DNA of 64,000 bases, from NCBI GenBank assembly GCA_951406725.2, contig OX597834.1, positions 26,040,001-26,104,000 of the forward strand, read 5' to 3'. The notes beneath the pieces were generated by a model that had not been told where the DNA came from, searched no databases, and saw nothing but the letters and a program-made list of their open reading frames with translations. Source of the DNA: Octopus vulgaris (lineage: Eukaryota). A program made the position numbers and the translations under genes. Shown here one piece after another: positions 30,023 through 45,270 of this stretch; within the stretch, counting starts at the first letter, position 1, and each line of letters begins with the position of its first letter.

Positions 30023-30719
30023 AATCGACCTTGGCACACATAGTCTGCTACTCATTTTTATTCATTTTCCTATTTATCAAATGGCTGAGTTCACCTATTG
30101 AAATATTTCCCTTTAAGGAGTCACCTCCCACAATAACTTTACACCCATATATAAAAACACCCACCCCTATATATACACCAACACACATACACACCAGCAA
30201 AGCTCTTTGTACAATTTATAACTACCCACTTCCACATATAAGCTATTGCTTAACCTAAGTTTATCATGGAAGACTTTCCCAAAGTTCTGTGTAGTGGATT
30301 GCAAACCATGCAGCCATGCCTGGACGCATGGTTATTCTCTCTCTCTTTATATATATAGATATGTATATATATATATATAATGGGAAGGTTTACGAAAATA
30401 AACAAAAGACGAAGGCAGGTGGAGTACAAACAAACAAATGTATTAGTATGGCGCTCAGGAATAGAAATAGAACAAGTCTTTTACGTTTTGAGCCTACGCT
30501 CTTCAACAGAAAGATACACAGAAAAAAAACAAGGAGAGAAAAAAAATGCGTGTAGGAGCTAACGATCTATCATGGCGTTCTGATATATATATATATATAT
30601 ATATAATATAATATAATATAATATAATATAAGGGTAAAATTAATTAATTAGTAATTAATAATTTTACCAAGCAGTGTTCAGTATGTAAAAGGACCATTTA
30701 TGGTATATTTAAAAATTAT

Positions 30720-30895
30720 TTTATATAATTAGGGTTCAGTAAAAAAAATTTACTTTACCACACACCGAACTTTTAGAAATAGCAGCCAAAGAATTTAGCT
30801 ATTTCCTCTACTATAAGAAGAGTCTCTTGGCTGCTATTTCTAAAAGTTTGGTGTGTGGTAAAGTAAATGTTTTTACTGAACCCTAATTCTATAAA
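30720..30895. repeat. Long inverted repeat (about 63-bp arms, about 35-nt loop)
   Basis: AATTAGGGTTCAGTAAAAA...GAAATAGCAGCCAA pairs with TTGGCTGCTATTTC...TTTTTACTGAACCCTAATT. Confidence 0.9.
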
Positions 30896-31281
30896 GTATA
30901 TATATATATATATATATACATATATAAGAAACAGAGATGATACTGGAAAAACAATGTTTATGTTATAATTTGTACTTTTTAATTTAAGAAAAATTTTCTT
31001 CATTCATTGTGTATGTGAGTGAAGGCATGTTAATATAGTAGTGATGGTGCTCCTCTCACAATCACTAGACATGGTTTCAATTTCCAGATTGGTGGTGTGT
31101 TGTGTTCTTGAGAAGAACATTTCCTGTTGCTCCAGTTCACTCAGCTACAAATGGGTAACCCTGAGACAGTGCTGTCCTGTTCAGAGGGAATGTCGGCCTG
31201 TCCATCTAGCCAGTGGGGTAACATAATTCAAAAGCTACAACAAAGTGAAGAAGCACATTGTGATCAGCAGTGTATAACAAC

Positions 31282-31672
31282 ACTAGCAGTATCGCCCAGC
31301 ATTGCTCGGGTTTGTTTCGACCCTTTAGAATTGGAATTTTTGAAAAGTAAAAATTTTGCATTATGTAGCTTGTTATTCTCTTTAAGTGAACATTTTTCTG
31401 GTTGAAATACTCCAAAAAATGGCAACACAGCAGTAAAAAAATTGTAAAAAATAAGGATTTTCATAGAAAAAAAGCACCTTTTTGATGTAGATAATTTTTG
31501 GTGTTAACATGGTCCGATTTGAATTTTATCTTCTACGGAATGAAGAGCAAGCCTTCTTCTATCATACTCTCAATTTTGGTCAACTTGTGCCGCAGGGTCT
31601 CGGACGGGATAGTGTTAGTTGAAGGCTACCAAACCTGCCATACACAGACAACTTCAGCTTTACATATATAGA
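31282..31672 (-). mobile_element. Non-autonomous Helitron-like element
   Basis: Reverse strand TCTATATATGTAAAGCTGAAG...CCCGAGCAATGCTGGGCGATACTGCTAG. Confidence 0.7.
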
Positions 31673-31677
31673 TTTAA

Positions 31678-32380
31678 ATAATAATAATAATAATAATAAT
31701 AATTGTGTACAGTGCTCAGGTGCACTACAACTCATCTAAAGTGTATATATAATCAGGTGAAGTTTCGGCGGATTTCGGAAAGCATGAGGGCCTTAAAAGA
31801 TGCAGTGTCATGGCAGTCAACAACTGACGCAGGCAGTTTATTCCATGCTTCAGCAACTCTGAGCGTGAAAAAATGTTTCCAAAAGTCATGGGAGCTGTAT
31901 TGTTTTCTGACTTTGTAGGCATGTCCACGTGTGTTAGACACATGGAGATCAAAAAGGTGTTCAGTGTTGTTGTTGGTGAGGTGGTTGATAACTTTGTGGG
32001 TGTTTACCAAGTCCATCGCCAAACGCCGGAGCTTCAGTGAATCCATGCCCAGGGAAACAAGGCGCTCAGAATATGGTAGGTGTCTGATGGAGGGTATGCG
32101 TTTGGTTGCACGTCTCTGGACAGATTCCAGGAGGTCAATGTTCTGTGCAAGATAGGGGTTCCAAACTGATGATGCGAATTCCAAGTGTGGTCGTACCATA
32201 GCTGTATACAGTTTTAAATAGATGGCTGGAGAGCGGCTAACAAAAGACCTGCTGAGTGATGCCAAGACACCCTCGGCCTTCCTGACAATCTTAGAGATAT
32301 GCTTTGACCAACGCAAATCACTGCTGACAGTGATGCCTAGGTCACGCTCGCAAGAGGATTTCTTGATATCAGTGTTGTGG
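31678..32380 (-). mobile_element. 5'-truncated CR1-clade LINE (ORF2 C-terminus, (ATT)n tail)
   Basis: ORF 31753..32316: ...LYTAMVRPHLEFASSVWNPY...ESVQRRATK...YSERL...SLKLRR...TRGH...FFTLRVAEAWNKLP; short 3' end of the same family at about 23885-24016. Confidence 0.9.
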
Positions 32381-33222
32381 TTGATAGTCAGGTTGATACA
32401 GTTTTGTTTTTTAAACAGTGGGGATTATATAATTTGAAACAATAATTATTGTAATTTTAAATATGCTTAGTGACGGTTTGCAAGCGCAAGTTTTCTCTTA
32501 TTTTTTTGAAAGTTCGATTTATTTGAAATTTGATTGATTGAAAGAAATGTTGAAATATATTTTTAACACTGTTGATGATGAGTTAGTTTACAACAAATGC
32601 ATTCCATATTTATTTATGTTTATTTATTGATTGATTTTTGTTTTTAATTCATTCTTGTTTTTACATTTATAAAATCTGTAGCCTAATGGTTAGATGGTTC
32701 AGTTCACTATCATAACGTCATGGGTTCATTTCCTGGACCAGGCATTGTGTTGTGTGTTCTTGAGTAATGTACTTCATTTCGTGTTGCCCCAGTCTACTCA
32801 GCTGTCATGAGTACCACCTGGGTACTGATGCTGCCCTCATACCTCCAGCTGTCACATCCTCAAGGTTCTACTTAGTCGATGGACAGAAAAGTCAAGAAGC
32901 TGTCCATGTCTGCTACTCCTGACTACATAGGGACTTAAAACAATTAACAAAAACATACTATATATTACAAAGCTATACTCACTCATGGATGATGATAGCT
33001 GGCAGCTGTACTGTTTTAAGAGAATTCAAAGCTTCGCTTTATTTGGCAATGTGTTATTGTCATCATCTTGACATCCACATTTGCATGTTTGCATGGCTCA
33101 GAGTTTATTGAGGCAGATTTTCTATAGCTGGATGCCTTTCTTGTTGCCAGTCCTCGTCTGCTTCCAAGCAAGATTATATTTTCCCTTTGCCAGACATGCC
33201 AAGACAAGGAGACACAAATATA

Positions 33223-33261
<39 letters not shown>

Positions 33262-34350
33262 GCACACACATGCACACATTCCCTCCTGTCTATCAAAGGA
33301 AGTGCAAGCACATTCACACACATACATATACACATGATAGGACTTCTGCCTCCCAAATTCACTCACAAGGCTTTGGTCAGCCCAAGACTATTGTAGAAGA
33401 CAGTTGCCCAAGGTCCCACACAAGTTGTCTTCTACTATACACTTACTTGGCGCCTTTGGCAAGTGTAACACACACATATGTCCGATGATCTTCTCTCAGT
33501 TTCCATCTATCAAATCTAATCACATAGTCTGGAGCTATAGAGGATTCTTGCCCAAAGTACCACACAGTGGGACTGAACCCGAAACTATGTGGTTTGAAAC
33601 CAAACTTCGCCACACAGCCACACCAGCACCTAATATGTAAATATTGTGTGTATAAATATATAAATATCGATTTTGAGAGGAATAAAAAGAAAATTTTTTT
33701 TCTATTATATTAATCTTTGATTGCATAGTAGACTTAATCCACTGCCCCCATTTAACACCACTAACCCAGTTCTTGAAGGTCTTAAATGGTTTTGATACAA
33801 TCATCTGGATCACATCTCAGGATTAACCCAACCATTGTGATTATTCCTTCTTTCCTTTCCTGCCTGCAACCCTCAGAAGCCCTGCAAAACTTGATGGGTG
33901 CTACCTTTCTTCCCTTTAAACATATGTTACAAAGCCAAGAAAATAAGAAAAAAAATGTTTTTTCTTCCTAATTGAATCTCCAGATAAAGTAAAAATGATA
34001 ACAATGTTTTTTTTTTAAGTTTTATTGTAAATAATTATATTTCTCTATTTGAATTTATTTTATTTAATTTTCTTTTTATGTTTAATGTGCTTCAATATTT
34101 GATAAAAATTGATGAAAAAAATTTTATTTTTACCAATTCTTTCATTAATTTTTTTTCTTTTTTGTAGAAAGACATTTTGAATATTTGAAACTATTAATAA
34201 TAAAAATGTTTAAAAAAAATTCCATTTGTAAGAAATATGAGTTTCTTTAACTTCTGATAGAGCATGGAATGAGATTATTAGGTGCAGCTGTTTAGACAGC
34301 TGAAGATTTGGCATGTCTCACTGTTTTGGTGACAGTACTTTCTGGTGTTG

Positions 34351-34805
34351 TGGAGGCACATGGCCTAGTGGTTAGAGCAGCGGACTCGCGGTCGAGGGAT
34401 CGCGGGTTCGAATCTCAGACCAGGTGATGTGTATGTTTATGAGCGAAACACCTAACTAAGCTCCACGCGGCTCCGGCAGAAGGTAATGGCAAACTTCTGC
34501 TGACTCTTTCGCCACAACTTTCTCTCACTCTTACCTACAATGGACCGGCATCCTGTCCAGGTGGGGAGAGGGATCGTGGGTTCGAATCTCAGACCAGGCG
34601 ATGTGTATGTTTATGACCGAAACACCTAACTAAGCTCCACGCGGCTCCGGCAGAAGGTAATGGCAAATTTCTGCTGACTCTTTCGCCACAACTTTCTCTC
34701 ACTCTTACCTACAATGGACCGGCGTCCTGTCCAGGTGGGGAACCTATACACCAAGGAAACCAGGAAACCAGCCCAATGAGCCAGGCATGGCTTGAGAAGG
34801 AACAA
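34351..34805 (+). mobile_element. B-head variant SINE with internal 174-bp tandem duplication
   Basis: Unit starting GAGGGATCG at 34394 repeats at 34568. Confidence 0.8.
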
Positions 34806-35605
34806 ATAAAAAAACTTTCTGGTGCTGGGGGTACACACAAATACACACAGAGGAAGTGAGAGAACAAGAGAAAGATTACACATTCATACAACCCTAAACT
34901 AGATCCTCACTTATAAAAAAGAGAGAGAGTAAGAGAATAAGAAAAACATTAAAACGTCTGATATCAAGTCAGCATTGAATCAGTAATGCCAAATAGGTAG
35001 TACCAAAATATCTCTGATCCAGGATGTGTCCTCCCCCTCATTTTCTATTTAATTTTTTTTTCCTTTTAAACTCCTCGATATTACCAATCAATTACTTTGT
35101 AGTTGAGGTGGGAGAATGATTCATTAATTTTTATTAATTAGAATATTTTAATGTTTTACTTTTGACCGGTCATCTTTCTTTTAGCCTTAGACGAGTGGTT
35201 CTTAGCCATTTTCTATCTGTGGACCTCTTTCATTCCAATTTTATTCATGTGGATCCCTATAGCCATTCAATATTTAAACCGGCCATATCCGGCCAAAATA
35301 CTTTATCTGTTTTATGTTCAAACTGACCAGATCCAGGCTCTCACACCTACCCTACAATGTTATTCTACATTAAGTAATTACACCATCAAGGTCTTGAAGA
35401 TATGAGATGATGCATGATTAATTCAAATCAATGGGAATCAATAAGCATTATGTTTGATAGAATAATCTGAACACTAAAGGGTTAAAAACTAATTTCATTG
35501 ATACTTCTTTCAAAATTCCTATTTTGTATTTTTTCACACATTTAACAGAAAGAAACCTAGATTATTCTTGCAATAAATACATCTCAAGCAAAAATTTTCT
35601 CATGA

Positions 35606-35857
35606 ACCCATAAAATAATCTTGTGGACCTAATTTACTATTTTCCTTGTGTGGACCCCTAAAAATCTTATATGGACCCCCAGGAGTCATATGGATCCTGG
35701 TTCAGAACCACTGCCTTAGACAATCTTTGGTACCCATAAAATAATCTTGTGGACCTAATTTACTATTTTCCTTGTGTGGACCCCTAAAAATCTTATATGG
35801 ACCCCCAGGAGTCATATGGATCCTGGTTCAGAACCACTGCCTTAGACAATCTTTGGT
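35606..35857. repeat. 126-bp tandem duplication
   Basis: 35606-35731 repeated at 35732-35857. Confidence 0.9.
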
Positions 35858-37599
35858 ATTTGTTTCAAAGATTACTTACCTTTTATTAAAGTAAGTAGCT
35901 TTAACAAATAAAGACTGCTTGACAAATAGAAAATATTTTCATCATTTAATGTCCACTTTTCCATGTTTGCACGAGTCAGGCAGAATTTGGTGAGGCAAAT
36001 TTTCTATGGTAGGATACCATTCCTATCACTAACTCTCACCTGTCTCCAAGCAAGGTAATACTGTCTCATAGCCAGACATGTTTTCCATGGAAGATTGGAA
36101 ATTATAACCTCACTCGTATAATAATTGCCTAGACAAAGGTACACACACATACACCTACACAACAGGATTCTTTCAGTTTCTTTTTACCAGATCCACTCAC
36201 AAGGCTTTGGTCAACATGGGACTATAACAAAAAACACTCAAGGTGCTACATAGTGAAACTGAACCTGAGACCATATGGTTGCAAGGCAATCTTCTTAACC
36301 ACACGGCCATGGCTGCACCTATTTCCATGTGTATATTATTTTTTAACCATATTCCTAAAAATATTTTACTCGATTTTTATAATTTTTAGAATAATCCAAA
36401 ATTACTAGAGGGTTTTGGTCAAATAACTCTAACTTTCATTATAAGAAGAAAAAAACTCATATTGAAACCTAATCTCTTTCATAGAATAATGACAATCTTT
36501 ATACCAAGATTTTGGATTTAAATTTAAAATTGAAGCACTTTGATTGGGGTGGTGATTTTATGGAGATTGCTATTGAAAGGGTTGGGTCCCCTTTTTCTGA
36601 ATATTTGTTTAATATTCATACAGCTAAATGTTTGGAAAACCAAAACAGTTCAGTCATCATAGCTTGATAATCAAGCAATCTAGATGATTAATTTACTGTG
36701 AATTGATGAGATGATTTTAAAGTACCAATTAGCTTTTAGGTTTCTTCAAATACTCATTACACTTGTTGTTTAAGCATGGTACAGATAGTCACCAGGTAGT
36801 GCTGAGAAAGAGCAGAACCTTAACTTCTATAGCACTTAAACTAACCACATCTGGCGCAGACATTCTAACCGTTTAATGTGCTAACTGGCTAGATCTGGCA
36901 TTTCACATCTACTTTACAATGTCTTTCTAAATATAAACAATTACATCATCAAAATTTCAAAGCTGTGAGATAACCTATGATTAATACAAAGCAAAGTGTA
37001 TGAATAAGCATTACACTTGACAGAAGAATCTGAATGCTAATGGGTTAAACTCTAACTTCTTGTTCAAGGTTAGGTAGTCTAGAGACAGAAATGTCAGCTA
37101 AAAGAACAATAAAAATCAGGCAGGTACGAAGGTAGAAAGACTGATAAATAATAACAGGTGTAAGACGACTTTTTCAATAAATAGATTCCTAACACCTGTT
37201 ATTGTTTGCCTGTCTTTATACTTCTCTATTTTCATCCATCTATTTTATGTTGGTTTTCCAAGTACACACACAGATGTAATCATAATAGAAAATATATTAT
37301 TTATGTAATTAGAATTTAGAAACTTTGTGAGATGTGAAATAATTTATTTTTAACAACGGAACTCAAAGTATATAAAACCTATAAATGTTGATTTCAAACT
37401 TTTGACACATCATCATCATCATCATCGTTTAGCGTCCGTTTTCCATGCTAGCATGGGTTGGACAGTTCAACTGGGGTCTGTGAAGCCAGAAGGCTTCATC
37501 AGGCCCAGTCAGATCTGGCAGTGTTTCTACGGCTGGATGCCCTTCCTAACGCCAACCACTCTGTGAGTGTAGTGGGTGCTTTTTACGTGCCACCCGCAC

Positions 37600-38044
37600 A
37601 GACTAACAATTTCAGGGAAGGGGGCTAAGTTGATTACATCGACCCCAGTGCTCAGCTGGTACTTATTTTATCAACCTCTAAAGGATGAAAGACAAAGTCA
37701 GTGTGGAATTTGCACTCAGACCATAAAGACAGACGAAATCTACTAGTCCTTTCCCACAAAATTTCAGGCTTTGTGCCTTTAGTAGAAAGGATTATTATTA
37801 TTATTATTATTATTAAGGCAGTGAGCTGGCAGACTTGCAAGCACACCAGGCAAAATGCTTAGCAGCATTTCGTCTGTCTTCACATTCTGAGTTCAGATCT
37901 CTCCAAGGTTGACTTTGCCTTTCATCCTTTCAGAGTTGATAAAATAAATACCAATTGAGCACAGGAGGCGATGTAATTCATTTACCCACTCTCCAACAAT
38001 TGCGGGCTTTGTGCCAAAATTTGAAACCATTATTATTATTATAT

Positions 38045-38078
<34 letters not shown>

Positions 38079-38300
38079 TAAGGCAGCAAGTTGACAAAAT
38101 TGTTAGCATGCCAGGCTAAATGCTTAGCAGCATTTAATCTGTCTTTACATTCTGAGTTCAAATGCTGCTGAGGTTGACTTTACCTTTCGTCTTTTCGGGG
38201 TCAATAAAATAAGTAGCAGTTAAACACTGCGGTCAAGGTAATCGATTTAAACCCCCTCCCCCACTGAAAATGTGGGCCTTATACCAAAATTTGAAATTAT
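37600..38300. mobile_element. Cluster of older family-A-related SINEs with (ATT)n tails
   Basis: Degenerate GACTTTGCCTTTCATCC and TGAGTTCAAAT motifs in both orientations; similar old copies at about 21630-21840 and 47580-47940. Confidence 0.65.
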
Positions 38301-38709
38301 TATTATTATTATTTCATATCATTAGCTTATTAATTAATTGGCCCTAATTTTGATATTGCATCTTTTTATTGAAATCTTTTATCAAATCATTGATATTTTC
38401 CCCTTTTATCTATAAAAAAATCTGTCCTAAGTTTGTCTCAGTAAATGACAAACTCACTATTAGAATATTAAGCTTGCTAATTTACTCCATATGAGTGGAT
38501 ATATCTAGCGATATGTGTGTGTATGTGAGAGTGATGTGTATTTGTTCCTTCATCAGAAGCTGGTGATTTACTCCATCACTACTATCAGTTTTCTGCATCT
38601 ATGCATTTATAATCATAAAAATTTGAATGAATAAATCCATTCAACTATATAAGTCGAGTATATTGTCTTCCATTTGTATACATACACATTGATCTCTTTG
38701 CAATGGAGG

Positions 38710-39096
38710 AGGAAGCACTCCGTCGGTTACGACGACGAGGGTTCCGGTTGATCTGATCAACGGAACAGCCTGCTCGTGAAATTAACGTGTAAGTGGCTGA
38801 GCACTCCACAGACACGTGCACCCTTAACGTAGTTCTCGGGGATATTCATTCAGCGTGACACAGAGAGTGACAAGGCCGGCCCTTTGAAATACAGGTACAA
38901 CAGAAACAGGAAGTAAGAGTGAGAGAAAGTTGTGGTGAAAGAGTCCAGCAGGGATCACCACCATCCTCTGCCGCATCCTCGTGGAGCTTTAAGTGTTTTC
39001 GCTCAATAAACACTCACAACGCCCGGTCTGGGAATCGAAACCGTGATCCTATGACCGCGAGTCTGCTGCCCTAACCAATGGGCCATTGCGCCTCCA
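38710..39096 (-). mobile_element. SINE family B
   Basis: Full reverse copy; TCTTTGCAATG duplicated. Confidence 0.9.
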
Positions 39097-40372
39097 TTCT
39101 TTGCAATGAACAGTATTAACAAGCCGACTTGAGATCTCAGGTAAAGACGAGCTTCATTCAGTAGAGTCAAAAATGACACAACTAAAAGTGGATCAGAGAG
39201 AATGGTTCTGTCCTGGAGACTGAAGAATTTGATGAGCCAGTTAGACTAATTCTTTCTAATTTTAGCACAAGCCTGCAATTTTCAGGGAAGGGTCTCAGTC
39301 ACCCATCAGCTACCCGCTTTGGGGCGAAATGCAAATCTTCTGTATGGGGAACATAGGAATGTGAGTAAATTGAGGAAAGAAATAAGGGGGTATGCAAATG
39401 TCATCTTGGACATGCTAGAAACAACAGGTAAAGGACAGGATTTCTGAGATAACTTCTTTGAAAGTTTAAATGGAAGATCAGGTGGGGCTAATACAGTTTT
39501 TCAAGTAGAGGTGTGAAACTGCATTAGCTCTGATCACGTTTTGAAATACACTTATCACAAACAGGAATGACAGGATAGGAAAGAGTAATTTCCATAGGAT
39601 TTTAGCTGTAATTTAGCACACAGCAAAAAATAGCATAATTCATACGGAACTCTAACTGTGTATGTGTGTGCCAGGGGAAGTTAATTTTGCATACCTTTCT
39701 AATTCCAAAAGAAGGAAATGTAGTGAAGTTGTAATATGCTGACAGTATAAGGTTTCCATACATTATAATGAGAAATTGAGAGAGAAAGATAATGCCTAAT
39801 TCTATGCACGCGTGAAACATAAGACGAAAGTGAAAATGATCTTAAAATTGTACAACATAACCTCATTTCTGAGGTTCTCAGCGTCGTCTTCTCTCCCGCT
39901 TTTATCCCTCTCTTTGTGCTGGCTTTCTTTCACCTTCACCTATAAAACATACAGTATCAATTTTGTGCTGGTTGTCTTTCACTTTCAACTATAGAACATA
40001 CATAAGGTATGAAACATCAGCGTCTATCTCTCACCTGCTATCCATCTTTCAACTACTCCTATAGAAACTTGTTTTCTGTCTCTGTTTCTTTCTCTTGCCT
40101 CTCTGTCTTTGTTATGGTGGTATGCTGAAAAGAGCAAACAATTAATGAAGAGACTCAAGAATTAACTTTCCAAAAGCTGGAACCTGGGTATTCAGATGTC
40201 CTAAACTGCATAATCTTTCATTGTTGTGCTATTGAATTTATTAATTCTTTCCGTTGCCGCCTACTGGTATTTCTCTATTATCTTGGTGCTTTACAGGGGT
40301 TTAATTAAGACTTTAGCTCTTATTTCTAGCAGGTTGATGCTTTTCTGCATCCTTACGCTTCATGCTAATTTG

Positions 40373-41256
<884 letters not shown>

Positions 41257-42885
41257 CGGTAAATGTGATGATTTTGTTAAGTGGATGATGTTTATGAAGA
41301 CGAAAGAAGAACAGTGATTGAAGTTGCAAACAAACGCTTATTTACTGTTACATATTGTTATAGCCAAACTATGATGGGCTGGTATAATATAATTCATAAA
41401 GAGAGATATCGTAGATGTTCTTTGTATAGCTGTGTTGTGTTCTCGGCATTCTAGCAGCAGGGAAAATGATAGATAGAGTGATGTTATAGAGTAGAAAAAG
41501 AGAGCTAGTGACAGTGAGAGTGGTGGGATGAAACAACTGCTTTGTTGCTGAGTTACCACAGTTGTCCCTGTGGACCATTTCATTCAGAGACAGCATTTCG
41601 GTCAGCCAGTCAGCCAGCTTCCCTGTTTGTGTGTTATCACTAACTGGCTTTGACTTATGGAGTTCTAGTATTTATAACTATACAAAACTAGCTAGAAAAA
41701 TAGGTATATTGCAGAGAACAATAGATTTCTTTGGGGGTCGGTCTGTCATCTCAATTCGAAGTTTTCTTAGCCTAGAAGGGGTTAGGAGGGTCAAGTGGCA
41801 AAGACATAAATTGGCTTGGCAAGACCATATGTTAAATGTAACATCAAGAAGTGAACTATTCAAAGCAGTCTCTTTCTTTGCCAGGGTGTCCAGTGCAACA
41901 AATGTGTTTTGGGGATCATTTTAGGGGAGTTGTCCTTTTCTGGCCAGAAGCTTGGGTAGGGTGCACATGAAGGTTTGACTGTTGAGTTTTGCTGGTTCTT
42001 GTGAAATTTGGATTTATTGTTGCCAATTGCATCTCAAATTAAGAGCAACCTTTATTTGTACCTTACATCCACACACCTGGCCCCCTGGGGATTAAATAAA
42101 CTGTCACATGAAGAGTTTAACCCTTTAGTGTTCAGATTACTCTGTTAAATGTAATACTTTTTCACTCAAATTGTTTTGAATTAATCATGCATTATGTTAT
42201 ATCTTTGAGGTTTCAATGATGTAATTGTCTATTTTTAGAATGTCAATGTAGGTTAGGTGTAAGAGGCTGGATATGGCCATTTTGAATATAAAACATGTAG
42301 AATATCTGGGCCAGATATGGCCGAATTAAACACTAAAGGGTTAAAAGTAAAAAAAAAAACGATTTTAAAGTTCACGGTTTACCTCGTTTCATTAATCATA
42401 ATTGTGTGTAATAAAATAATGGAAATAAAGATAAAACTTATCACAAAAGACTTTGATGAAGAAAAACTTTTGGATGAGTAAACATACAAACTATCAACAT
42501 CCACGCTAAGTCAACATCATCTTTGTTTGGCCCTGATCAAGCAGACCTACAAATCAAAGTATTTCCCGCCATAGCCATCATCATCATTATCATCATCTTT
42601 TAACACCTGTTTTCCATGCTATCAAGAGTTGGATGGATTGACAGAATCAACCATTGATATATCTGTGTTCTTTGTACTGCCTTCTACATTTCAGTTGAGG
42701 AGCCAAAGAATGGGACCTCTACATTGTCGCTGAAAATGCAAAACGTAGCAGTTAGATATTCCTCAAATTACATTTTATCTTAACAACATGAAGGACACAT
42801 TAAATAATTTACTCCAGTCCACACAGTATCTTGTAAAGTATAAAGATAGAATGGTTACAGCTGGAATGCCTTTGATTATAGGTCT

Positions 42886-42886
<1 letters not shown>

Positions 42887-42941
<55 letters not shown>
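42887..42941. repeat. (CT)n microsatellite
   Basis: Directly visible. Confidence 0.95.
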
Positions 42942-42943
<2 letters not shown>

Positions 42944-44649
42944 AGAACTGACATGTCACACACACACATGCGAATGTGGGAGTTGCTGTTTGGTTGCATA
43001 ACCTGTCAGAAATAGGACTTTGTAGGTCTTTTGGCTCATTTTTAATGCTATTTGCAGAAGGATGTCTAAAGATTATAGTTGTTGTCATATTGCCAATCAT
43101 TCACTAGAATTTGCTCTTCCATTACCCCACACCCTTTCTACACTGATTAACTATTCACTCACCTGCTATAAGTATACACATGCACATGTTATGATATCCA
43201 CCAGTGCCTACCTGCATAATTTTCTGTCAAGGACTTATAAAAACTATTCTCTTATATTCCATGATGTAACATTGGTAACAATGCAGCCTTTGAAGGTCAG
43301 AAATGCCATTGCTGCCTCTGACATTAAAGACATAATGTCATTAACTACATTGGAAACATGCAGTTTTTCAAGTACCATTTTGAAAAATGTGGTAAACATA
43401 ACATCATCATCATGACCATTATGATAATCATCTTCAATTAATGTCTGTTTACATGCTGGCATGGGTTGGACGGTTTGAATAGAACTGGTAAGGCCAGAGG
43501 CCACACCATGCCCCATTGTCTGTTCTGGTATGGTTTCTACAGCTTGACACCCTTCCAAGCACCAACCACTCCAGAGATTCCATAGAGTGTAGTGGGTGCT
43601 TTTTACGTGGCACCAGCACTGGTATCAATTCTGCTGTGATGGATGGGTATTATTGAGTACAGCAAGATGCCAAATATCTCGGTCCTTAGTCATTTCCTTT
43701 GTAAGGCTCAGTGTCTTGAGATCAACCTCGTGTCATCCTGGGTCTCCCTCTTCTACAAGTTCGTCTACTTTAAGTGATCAGGACTTCTGCATGCAACTAT
43801 CTACATCCATAGCCGTTCAAGAATTTGGACCTGCAGAACGCCATTTCCAGCGACTGCGAGGGCCACCTCCCAGTGGTGTCAGGCGTCAACAAAAAGCCCC
43901 CGACTACAACAAGATGACCAAAGTTTTTTTTTTCCAAGGTCTGGGGTCTCCTGCCCCTAAGCCCTAGACCATTACCCTTACCCAAATTCCACTACATGTG
44001 GCAAATGGTCGTATCTTATTTCTACCCCTAATGGGTTTACATCGTGCCCAAAGTTTGCTCTTAATTTTTTATAGTTTTTCATATCAATCAAAATGCATTC
44101 CATACATGCAACTCTTATGTTATCATCTTCTCTAACTCTAATTACTGGCTTCATCTCCCCAATTTTTTCTTCGATGACTGTATTCATCCAACAGTGTGTT
44201 ATTATTTAAGCAGAATGGTGTGTACATATAAATATATGGAACTAAACTCCTCATAATATATATATAGTAATAATAATAATAATATTAGGGAGTATAACTC
44301 CAAACTTACAGGGAAAAATTCAATTAAGCATTAAATCAGATTTCACAATATAAATATATAATATATAAATTAGAGAAAAAAACAATGATAGACATAAACC
44401 AAATCATAAATGAAAAATAAAATATATTTTTATAAAATATAAAGTATAAAAATGAATAATCAATATATAATAAGTAAATTTACTTATTATAATTTACTTA
44501 TTAATTTACTTATTATACATTGATTATTCATTTCTATACTTTTTGTGATCTAGTTAAAAGTTTTATAAATATATATTTTATTTTTTATTTATGATTTGGT
44601 TTATGCCTATCATTGTTTGAATTGCATAATAGTGGTTTTTCTCTAATTT

Positions 44650-44697
<48 letters not shown>

Positions 44698-44699
44698 AT

Positions 44700-45144
44700 G
44701 CCTCGCCTGGCCCCCGTGCCGGTGGCACGTAAAAGCACCATCCGTTCGTGGCCGTTGCCAACCTCGTCTGGCCCCCGTGCCGGTGGCACATAAAAGCACC
44801 ATCCGTTCGTGGCCGTTGCCAGCCTCGTCTGGCCCCCGTGCCGGTGGCACGTAAAAGCACCATCCGTTCGAGGCCATTGCCAGCCTCGTCTGGCCCCCGT
44901 GCCGGTGGCACGTAAAAAGCACCATCCGTCCGTAGCCGTTTGCCAGCTCCGTCTGGCACCTGTGCGGGTGGCACGTAAAAAGCACCCACTACACTCACGG
45001 AGTGGCTGGCGTTCGGAAGGGCATCCAGCCGTAGAAACACTGCCAGATCAGACTGGGCCTGATGCAGCCTTCTGGCTTCACAGACCCCAGTTGAACCCTC
45101 CAACCCATGCTAGCATGGAAAGCGTACGCTAAATGATGATGATG

Positions 45145-45146
<2 letters not shown>
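44700..45146 (+). mobile_element. Family D copy with about 61-bp tandem repeats at its 5' end
   Basis: Four to five units of GCCCCCGTGCCGGTGGCACGTAAAAGCACCATCCGTTCGTGGCCGTTGCCAGCCTCGTCTG, then family-D body and (GAT)n; embedded in (TA)n. Confidence 0.85.
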
Positions 45147-45191
<45 letters not shown>

Positions 45192-45270
45192 AATTGCAGC
45201 GTGGAAGGTGTTTATAAGTCATTTAAGAAACATACAAAACCATTAGATTCACTTCAACATTTAAATTTAA

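Noticed and set aside
41338-42010. Moderately GC-rich unique block with ORFs of 61-120 aa
   Set aside because: No recognisable protein motif or consistent splice/phase pattern; may be an old repeat or a regulatory region
44700-44985. CRISPR-like regularly spaced palindromic repeats
   Set aside because: Spacers are near-identical, the context is a eukaryotic retroposon, and no cas genes are present
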